From IMG/VR virus record IMGVR_UViG_3300027763_000029: DNA of 64,000 nucleotides. One strand, written 5' to 3'. Both the position numbers and the translations under genes were made by a program. Under the pieces are notes generated by a model. That model did no database searches. It was not told where the DNA came from and worked only from the letters and a program-made list of their open reading frames with translations. Position 1 is the first letter of the stretch. Every line of letters starts with the position of its first letter. Positions 11,301 to 21,287 of the stretch are shown here, in pieces. The DNA comes from a virus.

Positions 11301-12323
11301 ACTACTAAGGAAATAGCATAATTTTTGTAATGCTAAACTTTGTTTCTTATTATAAGAATACGCTGATCCACGAAGTCTGCGTAATGTTAGTGTATGATAT
11401 ATTTCTCTATATACTGGATATAATGAAGGAGATAGGTATGTGTTAGAATTTTCTAAATTAGTTTTACTCCTTATGGAAGCTATTTCAGTTTCATAATATG
11501 AAAAACATTCACCATCTGGAATCCATAAATCATAAAAAGATGGAGGGGTATTGCTATTTTCTGGTATATATTTTATTCCTTTAGTTAGTACATAATAATG
11601 AGAACCACTAGGTTGACTTCCAATATTTATTGTCTGTATTTCACTGTTAAAGCTAACATTCAAACCAGTAGAATATGGATCATTACTATTTTGTATTAGT
11701 GCAGATTTTTTATTCAATAAACTAATAGTTTTATCATTGATTTTAACCCCATAATCACCACTGCTTAAATTCATTCCTTTGTATGTATATGTTCCTGTCC
11801 AGGATATTATAGTACTGATTGGTATGTCTTGATAGTCTAGAGTACCTCTACTACTATATGGAGCACTATTTTTTTTATACCAAAATAATAAACCATATTC
11901 TGGTTTAATAGTTGTACTCATAGTCGATACGAACCAATTAGAGCTCATATCTATACTTTTGAATCCTGTACCTGATGGAGAAGGTAGTTCTGTATTCCAG
12001 TTTTTAAATTTTGATTCAAAGCTTACAGCATTTTCTACCCCTAAAATATTATTGTGTATTTGCTGTTTACCAAAAAATGGCTTATTAGCTAAGAATTTTT
12101 CACCAGTTATAAGTACTGGAGTCCAAACTTCAGGATCGACACTATTATCTATAAGTCCAGTAATCGCTTCCATTCTCACGGATACTGGTTTCACTCCAGT
12201 TTCCGATTCATATTTTATATAGGTATCTCCATTAATATCGTCTATTAATCTATATTGTTCTAAATCTTGAAAAAAAGAATTATTAAAAATATTGCAGTGC
12301 TTAATATTATTTATCTTGTACAT
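5400..12323 (-). CDS. Giant tail-tip/baseplate-associated structural protein (2307 aa)
   Basis: PKD-like YSYLWEKISGP...GTYEIK; P-domain-like IKDLEVKLNF; phage fibre motif DIVYVKNQTEPTQNGYYVV; C-terminal PC...PDKF...W.Y.L.CP module; last gene of the tail block. Confidence 0.6.
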   Translation of the reverse strand: MYKINNIKHCNIFNNSFFQDLEQYRLIDDINGDTYIKYESETGVKPVSVRMEAITGLIDNSVDPEVWTPVLITGEKFLANKPFFGKQQIHNNILGVENAVSFESKFKNWNTELPSPSGTGFKSIDMSSNWFVSTMSTTIKPEYGLLFWYKKNSAPYSSRGTLDYQDIPISTIISWTGTYTYKGMNLSSGDYGVKINDKTISLLNKKSALIQNSNDPYSTGLNVSFNSEIQTINIGSQPSGSHYYVLTKGIKYIPENSNTPPSFYDLWIPDGECFSYYETEIASIRSKTNLENSNTYLSPSLYPVYREIYHTLTLRRLRGSAYSYNKKQSLALQKLCYFLSSSPIIDRTTINILNDDEIYNAVTTYINLDITDTGDNTDIKELKKILNIIFNKYKKISYHIYKRHNRNNYIQSKLDLVKKLLGKYPPYLSIVSDIGLSLKKPISNGPHAFLSLSSIGMYDKNIPATSSIYNNSSIEIGNIKYLTDITTSGSVINIRANNFATTGYIPLADISLRAPIADTFYLGSGIRISNFSNQSVIKGYDVNPSPGSEDYSYLWEKISGPNCLKFKDINKAGIKAYQVTAYPTSSDPTPDIHIFSTGTYEIKATRTTTGGVSQSDILKITTSDTEPLNSSITPPAPSVNNKIINGVFKQVAFNKRGLLWIVDSDNYYDDGETNEVNFDRLNVTKLRDVQLDFNIDGQEVTLMNQDANLKLSFYPNNTKILLLSIQIENMRDRDNKYSQCKSFFKEQVVADKKIRLADNVELGASSYVRKYRDTTTFYYHDSISTNGRTNSKVSYTTPLISTTLSPQILPYGGYDTKVVDNLGIKISGHPQPESLEMPILLSRNNFYLIPGTGKYCHLKEVLPTGDGHYVDFRRGHFHPSSGWIKDNGSFGYLNQSCVISNNLDRQKSFAFSGPGLMYLKPSMDGQNLVHQSTIIINENLLTSDIAIGNKYGFDSIKWNNLDYDNLNSSPNIPIQDESRNNLISDGCLRSSITYGIPTTGISHLVIKDLEVKLNFLNYVNPKNLVVWLDVKNPRFSRDSLPNDNKFFIKSNFNGFTNNSQANMYLSALGNMNTGNAIPSNGTARLYLLNQENISNYNTNFSFKFSDHADKYISTSKSIDNNYIKSPLKEQLNNYGIIQPTVVATGYNDIDSQIYSSIIKTNNINTAGNSFLKFYNIPLTGTEFTINFSFIDPIDYTNTILDNLLINDSVAGLSSTENKHYSSSVSDSLCSWEIIVHTDDIHQPIAKDILGYIDYSAFSPVNPYNPSSGVNFIGDFTNKNYLIPSVNINAPYPYFANINTCFNCDPDMYRGISSQIPTFPSLLPYAMIGLSAMSLGLAGVVGGLQALAMVSSFMSNGGRADPIINYFTDVRFFNQTIASDAQYYKPIYSNLSFGDANTAIVCASNNGAEWYYFETPIFRYINTPPLSKNKYKFIKLAEKNIPQLSHFNYTIINTYNDLKLSSVIQSTTFNIEQLSGTGIILSDMAPFYKNDIVYVKNQTEPTQNGYYVVKETAWDKIPISINPIFLQNNYDPSWSEQDIVSDTNDKKEILVDGTRAFDFFDVSQYIKVSTIDDNSVYIKSKHIISTVNGYKTLFVLSAGVGTNGYITKPSGVADTLFLYRDDTTTRSSEKFPINSWAFSNSLTESFGPINPESHITTYSEGSIGWGTDLLIQDKLYTVSPDYSKIQNTKDIFNNQINDRLKFNHIDIIDNIGTVYPFDFTEDPNDPNKDQLRGWSYTKNDLRYIFESTDDVFSKDKIENQLIKNLRSTSFADKSEPVMVCIKSIQFTGIPFSGEIYIENDYTRNSIINFSPTDKDTIRNRLDLLCTGIIPSSLKYYNNLSNDPASCLNKQTYDTGICLKMEAKQTLVNLTREKTNLQMALSLCTTSDEIMPYISGSIVVNTGPNLPPEANTITVSYKENRDLYWIHIDPEKPCRLAEEISIKIPYKTSYEIGSIVGNVVGDDSQILPPINANITNGIDENFERVGSTVTYTTSDAKIAEKIAEYKTLYPNIIWSNSPALLWDKSENLVYGDLNLKTGASKKLIISLGDNVKDNVIQMREEYIRPLGSREKSIGNKKIKDVLNLTNNLKIKFRNMPRKIKSIDSERYTKYTFDKKGNLVKPPGSTYSSVGQLANNFVCWQCIDPAGKYVIPSDFMVLQNEMLYRGFFGSIDGIEHKNTRYMDTLEAWEWIPYEYYIDTRPNIQSGIVPCGNVQSIIGSGLITHTYPVPADSGWMTLSWDASTKPDKFTIEYNGSEQFNSQYVSNIAYYTFLKPSGIDEVKVNVNGGGFGTNWKYILSCPSFQNQQPYWR

Positions 12324-12324
12324 A

Positions 12325-15300
12325 TTAGGAGCTTGTTGTTAATGTCCATTTTCCATTAATATATGTAAATAAGCCATTACCACCAGATGTTGATAAATTA
12401 AATGGATTTTCAAAAAGAACCAACATAGTAGGATATGCTTCACCTCTTTTCTTTCCTGGGGCATAAGACATCTCTAATGTTGCTTGGTTTGAACCCGGAG
12501 CAATAGCTCCCTTAGCAATAAATGATGGTTTACTAACAGCTTCATAAAATCCGCTATCTTTATCATATCTACACAATAGTTTTGCTCCTCTTGGAGCACT
12601 AAATCCAGCTTTATCCTTTACAAAAACCAATCTTCTCAATCCAGCAGCCAACGGTTCTGTTGAATATTCAAGATCATCTAAGAAACCTCTTGCTGGGTAT
12701 GTTTCATCCATGCCGTCGTCTCTTACTAGATCTTCTTCTAAGGTTACATAAACCATTTTATATAGTGATGCAGCATCTGAGGATTTGGTTGTCCATACCC
12801 TTCTGCTTTCATCCCATCTAAAATCTATTGGTCCAACAGGCCACAGGTCAGTACGCTCTGCCCAATTCAAGTAAAATTGTTTTAACTTTTGTTTATCTGT
12901 CCATTTTCCAGGGGTTGTTGCCGGTGGATCCTCATAAGATTTGCTCGCTGTCACTTGCCATCGTTGTGTTTTACTTACTATGGGTCCTTGAAATCCTGCA
13001 GTTTTATCATTTGGATAAGCAACAGTATCATCCATGAATCCACCAATATTTTCCATATTTGTTTCGTATATTACCTCATAAGTAATAAAATGGAAATTAT
13101 CTATCTGACTAGCACTAAAACCTCCACCAACACGACGCATCAAGTTTTTTACATAGTCTAGTTGATCTATACAAAAAGCATCCAATTCAAAATTTTTAAC
13201 CCAGTCAAGATTATTTTGAATTAGGAATTTACATTTTTCAATAATAATAATTTCTTCATCACTTAGATCTGGTGGCGTTCTTGTCGGCCGACCATTTGTA
13301 TCGAGTGGGGGCTCGGCCCAATCTACTATAGCTGTCAGAATGTTAATTGTAGTATTTGTAAATCTAAATACAAATTTAGTATCTGATATATCGTCATATT
13401 TTTTATTGACTGTTGTATTTTCTGCTTTTAATAATAATTTAAATCTTCTTGGTCTACCATATTGATCAACCTGATAAGGCTCATCTGCAGCATTAGGAAC
13501 AGGATAACCCTCAAGATCATAACCCCAACCATGCATTACTAGAGGACCTCTAAGGCCAAGAAATCTTTCGTTCATCTGATAGTCTACATTAATTCCTTCT
13601 TTTTCTTTTATTTTTTTAGCCAATAATATATCTTTGTTATAAAAATCTGGTTGAAATTGTGGTTTATTTAAAAATTTACGACTCATATAATAATCAATAT
13701 TATTATGAATATCAATATTTTTTGGTTTGACCGCGCCTCTTCCAACTATTTCTATACTGTGTCTGCATCTATCATGAAACATTCTAGGGCTATATGACGA
13801 ATATATACCTATCGATAAGTCTCCATGAATACCGCTACCATCAGGATGAATCCCACTATACAATTGAACATTAGTATTTGCTAAGTTACCATGAGGAACA
13901 ACTATCGGATTTAATGTTACCAAATTAATAGGTATAGTTACACCTACAGTAGATGTCGATGAAGTAGATGTCGATGAAGTAGATGTTATTGTTGAAGATG
14001 AGACTGAAGCACCAGCTTTTTTAATAAAATCTAAGGCAGTTATATCAGTTCCACTAGTTATGATGTATGGTGGTAAAGTTTCTATTGATTGTGTCGATGA
14101 TGATGTTGTTTGAGTACTTTTAAGCATCTCAACAGGATTTTCACTACCTCTACAGCACTTGTCACAATAAATCTTTATACCAGTGAAATTAGTTGATTTT
14201 CCCTCTTTGGTTTTAAAAACATAGTCAGCAAGTATTTTTTTTGTACCTTTACAAAATGGACAGGTATAAGTATCATACAACGTATAACTATAGGTACTAT
14301 TTTTAAATGTTGGATAAAAAGATACTGGAGAAAAAATACCATCAATACTCATCATAGATTGCAATCCATGATCTTTTTTTATCTGAGCATCAACTTCTTT
14401 TAATTGGTATAATCCAACACTTGTTTTATATCTGATAGTAGAACCTAAAGCAACAGAAGATAGCATATCAGTTAAATATCCACTATTCATAACTCCACTA
14501 TAAGTTCCTGGATCTTTTCCTGGAACTAGAATAAATCCCGAAGGCTTAGACGAATGATCAGTATTTAATCCTGTTACTTGACTATACAATCCATTCGGTT
14601 CGAGATATGGTGTTTCTCTGTCCGGACATCTTATATAGGGGTTAGCCTGACCAATCAATACTGTGCTTGGACTCCATCCAAAAAGTTTACTACTTAAATC
14701 CTTACCACTAAAAGAAGCACCCTCTATACGTTTTTCCTGTAAAAATTTATTTTGAACATTTAATATATTAGTTGCTTGCTGTTGTATACCTGCAATTTTC
14801 TTATTCCTCTTAAATCCATCCGTACCTAATTTTTTTAGTCTATCATTAGCCTGTTTATTAAATAACCCTAATTTTTGTGTATAGGTTCTAAAATGATAGG
14901 TAGTTGTAATTCCTCCTTGACCAATTGACGTTTGTATATTTGTTATTATTGGACCATCAGTATATACAGATATTCCAGTGACAACAAATACTTTATAGTC
15001 TAAATTTTTGGTTGTAATTGTTGGAACTTGTGGTATAATAGCCCCGCTATTAATTGGTAATGTCTGTAAAATTCTAGCAAAAGAATCATTGTCTTTATAA
15101 TCTATATATGAAATAGATAATTCTCCAGTCATTGGAAATATAGGATCCAACATACCGGTTACAAAAGCCCCTCCCAAACTAAATAGTGGCAATTTAGGAA
15201 TATCTATTTGTGCGGTTTCAATTACTGATTGATAATTAAGCTTTTTTTCTATCTCATTATGAGCAGCGCTATCCAAAAATGTCATCCCTCCATAATTCCA

Positions 15301-18300
15301 AGGCACAAAATCCTCTATTATCTCAACATTGGTCGGTAGCATCCAATTATCAACAGCTTTTCTTGCTTGACTCTCATCAAATGTAACCCCTGTTATAGTA
15401 CAAGATGGAGGTATGGAACTACTTGTTGTAATATTATTGCCACTTACAAATATCCTCTCTCTTTGTCTAAATGGATAGTTTGTCCATGGACCATAACTAA
15501 ACTGATTAGATTTTATTGGTATTCCAACAAAAAATGGATGGGCTACTTTTGGGGCAATTTCTACAAAATTTGCTGACTGATTAGCTGATGCAGCATAATT
15601 ACCTATCATAAAAGACTGTGTACCAGCTATCGGACTAGTATAGAATAGCATAAATCTTATCCATTCATTGTCCCAGTTGTTTGGGTCTACAGAATGCAAA
15701 TAAATAGATAGATCTTCTACAGCAATATTTGATAATACTGTTCTATTAGGATCTTTGGAATATTCATTACTAGAAAATCCAAGAGCTAAACCCGGAGCAT
15801 CTACTAAAATTCTTGGACCATATAATTTTGACGGTTCTAGATATATAAATTTTTCTTCCAAGCTTGTTGTAGCATATAGTTTTTTCATTGGTATTGGACT
15901 ACCGTCCGCAGCCAATAAGCCTGAACCAAATGGGTCTTTTGCTGTTGTCTTACTAAAATTATAATTTAATGGATTAAATGGCGTTCTAGTATTTCCAGTA
16001 ATTTTCCATTGATTATATATTCTTGGTAAACTGGTTAAGTCTGTTACTCCTTCAACATCGACAGTAACATAATCAGTAGTTCCTAGAGAGGATATGTCAA
16101 CTGAAGGAACTAAAAATTTATTAAGACTACAAGACCCATCTCTAACTCTCATCATGTATTCATAATTATCAAAACTCCAAAATGGATCATTTTTAGCATA
16201 CTTGTAATCATTTACTTGAGCAATAGTCATTCTACATATATTGTGTCTTATATAGTCAAAACTTTCGCTGATATTATATCCGACTAAAGGCTTAATTTTA
16301 CCCACATCATCGGTAATATTATACCAATATTTTGATCCAACAGCAATTGTATCATCAATTATATTTCCATATTCTTCCCAAGCTCCATCGTTAGTGGGTT
16401 CATAATTATAGTGCAGCTCTCCACCACCACCAAAGACATATGCATCGCCAACCTGAGTAGATAATACTATATCGGCAAATTGATCATCTCTGTATGATCT
16501 CAGGGACGGAGCATGTACCATATATTTTTTTCCATAATATTTATTAGCTATTTCACTAATAAAATTATGAATAATCTGTAAATCTTTTAAGGCTTCTGGA
16601 TCAATAGTTGCAGATCCATCGCCCTTATCTCCAGCCATTTCTACTGTTTGCCCAAAAGGACCAGCAATATTGCTATTGGTTAATTTCCAATACCAATCAG
16701 TAGCTTCCTGAGCCATTTCCAAAGCTGTAGCGGCATCAACATGCAAGTCTGCAATATATTCATTATATATCTTATTTTGAAATGCTATTCTGACCATTTC
16801 GATAAGATCATTTTTATAGGTTTTAGATAATGAATATACTAAAAAGTTTTCAAAACCGGCAATAGCGGCTCGCATTTCATTTTCTGTTAATGTAAAATAT
16901 TTTTGTGCTCTAGAGGAGTAAAATCCTTCCAGATCAACAGAAGTTGTTGGTAGCTCGAATAGTCCTAAAAGAAGAACCAACTGTCCAGTCCAAGTATCAA
17001 AAAATACTGGTCTTATTCTTCTAAAATCATTATTATTATTCGTACCTATATCAACATTTATTTCGCTTTCCATAGCAAAACCAAAAAATGGAGATATAAC
17101 ATCCATATAAATAGGGAAAAATCTTTCATTAGGATTAGTTCCAAATGGACCCGCAGCCCCAACAGGAAAATTAGCATTGGCTGTCATTGGGTCCAAGCCG
17201 CTTTGTTTAACAATATTAGAAGCCCCATAATTCCCTTGTAGTGGACTAAATTGATTGCTTGCTAAATTTTTTGAATCTGACCATTTGTTATCTAGAGTAT
17301 TAAATGTTCCACTTATTGTAGTAATTTTATTTTGAATTTTATTTTGATATTCATAGAATCCACTATAAGCAGGATTAATTATAGCAGATAAGTCAATGTT
17401 TCTTGTTGATAGAAATGATGGAAATTTAATTTTACCATGATGATACCAGTCTCTAACACCAGGACCTGGTTCTCTTGTTCTAGCATTATCGGGTTTCCAA
17501 CTACCCATTCTCATAAAATCAACGAATTGATATGTTATCGGGTTAAAAATATATGTGTTTTGAGAATAGGCTAATCTTAAACTTTTAGCTTGGTAAAGTC
17601 TTTGTTGTTTTCCTCCTAAAATCATTTGTCTGGCATGAGTTTCGTTTTTTTCTTTACCAACCTGTAAAGAGCTTATAGGATATCCTTGACATTGCAATAG
17701 TTTGATGGTATTTTCTATGCTATTTGTCTTCGGTTGAGATAGTCTGGATATGGTATGAACTTTAATAACATTATACAGGGTATTTTGATGAGAAACGGGA
17801 TAGTACGAGATATGATAGTCATACCCGGACTCTTCAGTTATCTGATTAATAAGATCCATTATGGTTATAACTGGACCAGCTATTCTATAATCATTAGGAG
17901 TTCTTGGTAATTCGGACAAATCTAATACGAACTGACAGTAATTATCTGTTATTTGAGTGCTGCCTGATCTTGCTGATCTTCCGGTATCTACATATGTTAA
18001 TGTGGGAGGTATCACCCCGAATCTAGCAAAAGTTGTCTTTATTGGCTCGTAACTATCAAACTCTTGCATTGTTTTTACTAAAATTCTTCCAAAAGGAGAA
18101 AAAGCACTTTTTGAACCAAAATCTCTATAATAATCTTGTTGGTTTCCTTGGTCCATATCAGTAAAAAAGTTTGGGCTACTATTACTTGTACTAGAAGTTA
18201 GTACAGATAAAGCATCTACAATCTTATTTGCAGATATACCTTCTTGATTAATATTTGCTCCTCCAAATCCACCTTGTCCTAATGACTCCAAAAATCCATA

Positions 18301-19227
18301 AACATTAAAAATATTTGGCATATTTCCACTAGATATTGGTCCATAATAATCAACGCCCTCTCTTCCAACATAATTTCTTGGACCAGCTAAACTATTATCT
18401 ATAGTTGTATCAGAGTTTGTGGTAGGATCGTCAGCTCTGCTATAAATAGCACCAGCAAAATTATTCAATATTATATAACAATTTGATAAAACGCTTTCAA
18501 ATCCAGCAATATTAACAGTATAGTTTTCTCCTCCTGAATTCAAACTATTGCTCCAAGACTGAACAATTCCACCAAAAGCAAAATCTCCCATCTTAAAATA
18601 AACAGGAGTATTGATTATATCGTATCCTTTGTTAAGATTTAAATTGTCGGATTGATACTTAAGGATCAAATTACCGGTTGTATCAATTCTATTTGGTTTT
18701 CCAAAAAATCCAGGATCACTATTAAACCAATATTTAGAAAATAATGCTTGTGGTGGAGCATATGTTGGCATAAATTCATAAAAAACCTTACCAGGAACCA
18801 TAAGATCTTCTAGTTTTGTTCCTGGAGTAGGTGGATTTCCTGGTGCTCCTGTTGTAGCAGCACATCCTGTGGTATCAACATAACATTGATGTCCACTACA
18901 AGTATAATAATGATCAGGTAACTCGAATGTCGATAAAGAAACACCCTGTGCTGGAAGACCAATATATGTATCAATAGCTGGTTTAAGATCGCGGCCATCG
19001 GTGGGTGTTGTTCCATCTACTGGTTGTGGAAATTGTTTCGATATTCTTAGTTCTTGTCCAGTATTATAGAGACATGATGGCGAATTTTTGTCTTCAATTA
19101 AATTAACCGTTAATTGAGATGCTTGTCCTGCCCATCCCTTACTAACATTAAAGTTAGATACGCTTGCTCCTAAAAACAAGGTTTGAGCAATAATTTTATC
19201 GTAGCTATTACATCTTTGTGTTGCCAT
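12325..19227 (-). CDS. Giant baseplate hub/tail-tip-like protein (2300 aa)
   Basis: N-terminal FLGASVSNFNVSKGW...LTVNLIED and PVYFKMGDFAFGGIVQSW...YTVNI resemble hub (gp27/Tal-like) beta-barrels; position in the tail block. Confidence 0.5.
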   Translation of the reverse strand: MATQRCNSYDKIIAQTLFLGASVSNFNVSKGWAGQASQLTVNLIEDKNSPSCLYNTGQELRISKQFPQPVDGTTPTDGRDLKPAIDTYIGLPAQGVSLSTFELPDHYYTCSGHQCYVDTTGCAATTGAPGNPPTPGTKLEDLMVPGKVFYEFMPTYAPPQALFSKYWFNSDPGFFGKPNRIDTTGNLILKYQSDNLNLNKGYDIINTPVYFKMGDFAFGGIVQSWSNSLNSGGENYTVNIAGFESVLSNCYIILNNFAGAIYSRADDPTTNSDTTIDNSLAGPRNYVGREGVDYYGPISSGNMPNIFNVYGFLESLGQGGFGGANINQEGISANKIVDALSVLTSSTSNSSPNFFTDMDQGNQQDYYRDFGSKSAFSPFGRILVKTMQEFDSYEPIKTTFARFGVIPPTLTYVDTGRSARSGSTQITDNYCQFVLDLSELPRTPNDYRIAGPVITIMDLINQITEESGYDYHISYYPVSHQNTLYNVIKVHTISRLSQPKTNSIENTIKLLQCQGYPISSLQVGKEKNETHARQMILGGKQQRLYQAKSLRLAYSQNTYIFNPITYQFVDFMRMGSWKPDNARTREPGPGVRDWYHHGKIKFPSFLSTRNIDLSAIINPAYSGFYEYQNKIQNKITTISGTFNTLDNKWSDSKNLASNQFSPLQGNYGASNIVKQSGLDPMTANANFPVGAAGPFGTNPNERFFPIYMDVISPFFGFAMESEINVDIGTNNNNDFRRIRPVFFDTWTGQLVLLLGLFELPTTSVDLEGFYSSRAQKYFTLTENEMRAAIAGFENFLVYSLSKTYKNDLIEMVRIAFQNKIYNEYIADLHVDAATALEMAQEATDWYWKLTNSNIAGPFGQTVEMAGDKGDGSATIDPEALKDLQIIHNFISEIANKYYGKKYMVHAPSLRSYRDDQFADIVLSTQVGDAYVFGGGGELHYNYEPTNDGAWEEYGNIIDDTIAVGSKYWYNITDDVGKIKPLVGYNISESFDYIRHNICRMTIAQVNDYKYAKNDPFWSFDNYEYMMRVRDGSCSLNKFLVPSVDISSLGTTDYVTVDVEGVTDLTSLPRIYNQWKITGNTRTPFNPLNYNFSKTTAKDPFGSGLLAADGSPIPMKKLYATTSLEEKFIYLEPSKLYGPRILVDAPGLALGFSSNEYSKDPNRTVLSNIAVEDLSIYLHSVDPNNWDNEWIRFMLFYTSPIAGTQSFMIGNYAASANQSANFVEIAPKVAHPFFVGIPIKSNQFSYGPWTNYPFRQRERIFVSGNNITTSSSIPPSCTITGVTFDESQARKAVDNWMLPTNVEIIEDFVPWNYGGMTFLDSAAHNEIEKKLNYQSVIETAQIDIPKLPLFSLGGAFVTGMLDPIFPMTGELSISYIDYKDNDSFARILQTLPINSGAIIPQVPTITTKNLDYKVFVVTGISVYTDGPIITNIQTSIGQGGITTTYHFRTYTQKLGLFNKQANDRLKKLGTDGFKRNKKIAGIQQQATNILNVQNKFLQEKRIEGASFSGKDLSSKLFGWSPSTVLIGQANPYIRCPDRETPYLEPNGLYSQVTGLNTDHSSKPSGFILVPGKDPGTYSGVMNSGYLTDMLSSVALGSTIRYKTSVGLYQLKEVDAQIKKDHGLQSMMSIDGIFSPVSFYPTFKNSTYSYTLYDTYTCPFCKGTKKILADYVFKTKEGKSTNFTGIKIYCDKCCRGSENPVEMLKSTQTTSSSTQSIETLPPYIITSGTDITALDFIKKAGASVSSSTITSTSSTSTSSTSTVGVTIPINLVTLNPIVVPHGNLANTNVQLYSGIHPDGSGIHGDLSIGIYSSYSPRMFHDRCRHSIEIVGRGAVKPKNIDIHNNIDYYMSRKFLNKPQFQPDFYNKDILLAKKIKEKEGINVDYQMNERFLGLRGPLVMHGWGYDLEGYPVPNAADEPYQVDQYGRPRRFKLLLKAENTTVNKKYDDISDTKFVFRFTNTTINILTAIVDWAEPPLDTNGRPTRTPPDLSDEEIIIIEKCKFLIQNNLDWVKNFELDAFCIDQLDYVKNLMRRVGGGFSASQIDNFHFITYEVIYETNMENIGGFMDDTVAYPNDKTAGFQGPIVSKTQRWQVTASKSYEDPPATTPGKWTDKQKLKQFYLNWAERTDLWPVGPIDFRWDESRRVWTTKSSDAASLYKMVYVTLEEDLVRDDGMDETYPARGFLDDLEYSTEPLAAGLRRLVFVKDKAGFSAPRGAKLLCRYDKDSGFYEAVSKPSFIAKGAIAPGSNQATLEMSYAPGKKRGEAYPTMLVLFENPFNLSTSGGNGLFTYINGKWTLTTSS
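13948..13986. repeat. 15-bp tandem repeat (AGTAGATGTCGATGA x2.6) encoding TSSTS
   Basis: Seen directly; in frame within 12325..19227. Confidence 0.9.
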
Positions 19228-19229
19228 AT

Positions 19230-21254
19230 TTAATCATCTAAATAAGATCTTGATAAATTACAGGTTTGATATACCCATCCTATTGTTCTAGTATATCTTC
19301 CTTCCGTCGGATTCCAATTAGAATTATCCTGAGAGACGAAAACTTGTCCAGTATCATTGGTGCGAGTAGCGAAAGTACCAAAAACAGAAGACTGTCTATC
19401 ACCAAATGGCTTGAATCCTTCTATAATAGCTTGAATAGTTTTATATGTGGTACCACCAGTATATAGTGGACACTCACTATTACTCAACATAAATCCATTA
19501 AAACTACTGGGAGGTACAACAACAATTTCAAAAGTTAAATCTTTTCTGGAACTTGTTTTTGCTCCTAAAGATTGTAATACTGGACCTAATCGACGACCAA
19601 GAACAAAAGCCTCATTAATAACGTCGATAGGTCCTGTCTGATTAATGGTAATATTTTCAGCTAAAACCCCACTTATAAATCTAAACTTATCGTTGAATTC
19701 ATAAGAATAGCTAATACTTCCTTTTCTTGGATCATGACCTTCATTTGTAGATACTGGAATGATATTTAATAATTTTTGTTTGCAATATGTCGGATTTCTT
19801 GGTGGTGGCTGAGGATTAGCTGTTAAAGATACATAATCATCTGTACTTTTTTCAAAATTTATAGGATAACTAGCTCTTCTATATAAATATGGTTTAATGT
19901 CATTTATCCACCCACTAAGAGCATTCTCGTATTTTGTACCATAAAAATTTTGATCATAAGAATTGGTAGATCCTGATACATTGAGGATGCCTTGAGATAG
20001 ATTAGTAGCTGATGCTCCATTATTCTTAGAAAAAGACAAATCTATATAACCGCTGGTTGGAATTAAACCAGAAACTCCACTCATGATTGGTAATTGTGCT
20101 ATCATTAATCCTTTAATACTTCCTTGAACTCTTACAGTTCTAACAAATCTCTCATCTGTTGAAGCTTCTACAGTATAGTCCTCTACATACTTTATTCCGG
20201 TTGGCATAGCTAACCAGGTTTCGTTAACTTCATATGATCCTGCTGTTTCACTAAAATTTATTGTTCTTAGATGATTGTATAAAAATATTTTATCGAAATT
20301 TGATATAGTACTTATTGATGATGAAGCGAAGTGTACCCCACTATTATTATTGTTACCAGCACTATAAGGTTGGGCTAATCTTTCTGATACCCAATTTTTA
20401 GCATTTAAGTAAGCTGATACATTACCTTGCACGCACCCTGTTCCACTCGGGCCAGTTATTCCTTCAGCTGAAATTTTGCGAGATAATTTAAATTGTGGTA
20501 TATTAGTAAAATTTAATTGACTAATTCCATATGGATTTGGTTCACCTTGATTTGTTGGAGATGGTATCAAAGTGGTTGTTGATGTGTTATTGCTTCCATT
20601 AGATGCTCCTGGTGCAGATAATCTTGTTGGGGCCAGATTAGGATTATGATATTCTGATTTTTGAGTAACATCTCTAGCAAATGAAGCATAAACGTATTCT
20701 TCCATGGGTTCTAACGACCAAGAATCAGATCCGGCTCTGATAAGATATCCACTAGAAGCTGGTTTACTATATTCTAAATCAATAGTGTAGTCTGCGGAAA
20801 AAATCCAGTTATCATTAGTTTTATTTATGTTGAAAGAATTAACTTTAACCCCGCATCCTTCGACAATAGGATTGCTGCCGCATTTTATTTGGAAAGTACC
20901 AAAACCATTATCTTTAGAAAATAAATCAGTCATTTTTTGGGAGGCATCTAAGATAACGGCAGTTCCAGTTCCATCAGGATTAGTTCCTACCGTATTGGAA
21001 GTTCTTAATATCTTACCATTAAGTGTTACTTTAGTTGTTGTACTAAATAATGTTCCTGCTTCTGATCTATTAAAAACTGTTGATAAATCAACTAATGGTA
21101 CTGGTCCAGCTATATCATCTAGTCCGCTACCGTTATAATATACTCTAACAGGTTTGGTACTAGTAGTAGAACCATTTGAATATGGACCCCCTGCTTGAGC
21201 AGAAAACAGAGGATTATAATCATCTTCATGATTAGATGGGCTACTATATACCAT
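19230..21254 (-). CDS. Tail structural protein (distal-tail/tube-fold-like)
   Basis: Repeated beta-rich segments ending in YTIDLEY, YEVNETW, YSYEFND and YTRTIGW; directly upstream of the hub-like gene; AGGA Shine-Dalgarno. Confidence 0.45.
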   Translation of the reverse strand: MVYSSPSNHEDDYNPLFSAQAGGPYSNGSTTSTKPVRVYYNGSGLDDIAGPVPLVDLSTVFNRSEAGTLFSTTTKVTLNGKILRTSNTVGTNPDGTGTAVILDASQKMTDLFSKDNGFGTFQIKCGSNPIVEGCGVKVNSFNINKTNDNWIFSADYTIDLEYSKPASSGYLIRAGSDSWSLEPMEEYVYASFARDVTQKSEYHNPNLAPTRLSAPGASNGSNNTSTTTLIPSPTNQGEPNPYGISQLNFTNIPQFKLSRKISAEGITGPSGTGCVQGNVSAYLNAKNWVSERLAQPYSAGNNNNSGVHFASSSISTISNFDKIFLYNHLRTINFSETAGSYEVNETWLAMPTGIKYVEDYTVEASTDERFVRTVRVQGSIKGLMIAQLPIMSGVSGLIPTSGYIDLSFSKNNGASATNLSQGILNVSGSTNSYDQNFYGTKYENALSGWINDIKPYLYRRASYPINFEKSTDDYVSLTANPQPPPRNPTYCKQKLLNIIPVSTNEGHDPRKGSISYSYEFNDKFRFISGVLAENITINQTGPIDVINEAFVLGRRLGPVLQSLGAKTSSRKDLTFEIVVVPPSSFNGFMLSNSECPLYTGGTTYKTIQAIIEGFKPFGDRQSSVFGTFATRTNDTGQVFVSQDNSNWNPTEGRYTRTIGWVYQTCNLSRSYLDD

Positions 21255-21287
21255 ATTTTTCCTTTAGAAGTTCCCTTTATTCTGTCT

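Noticed and set aside
5400-19227. Inteins or introns in the giant tail genes
   Set aside because: No intein terminal motifs or LAGLIDADG blocks recognised, and the reading frames are uninterrupted.
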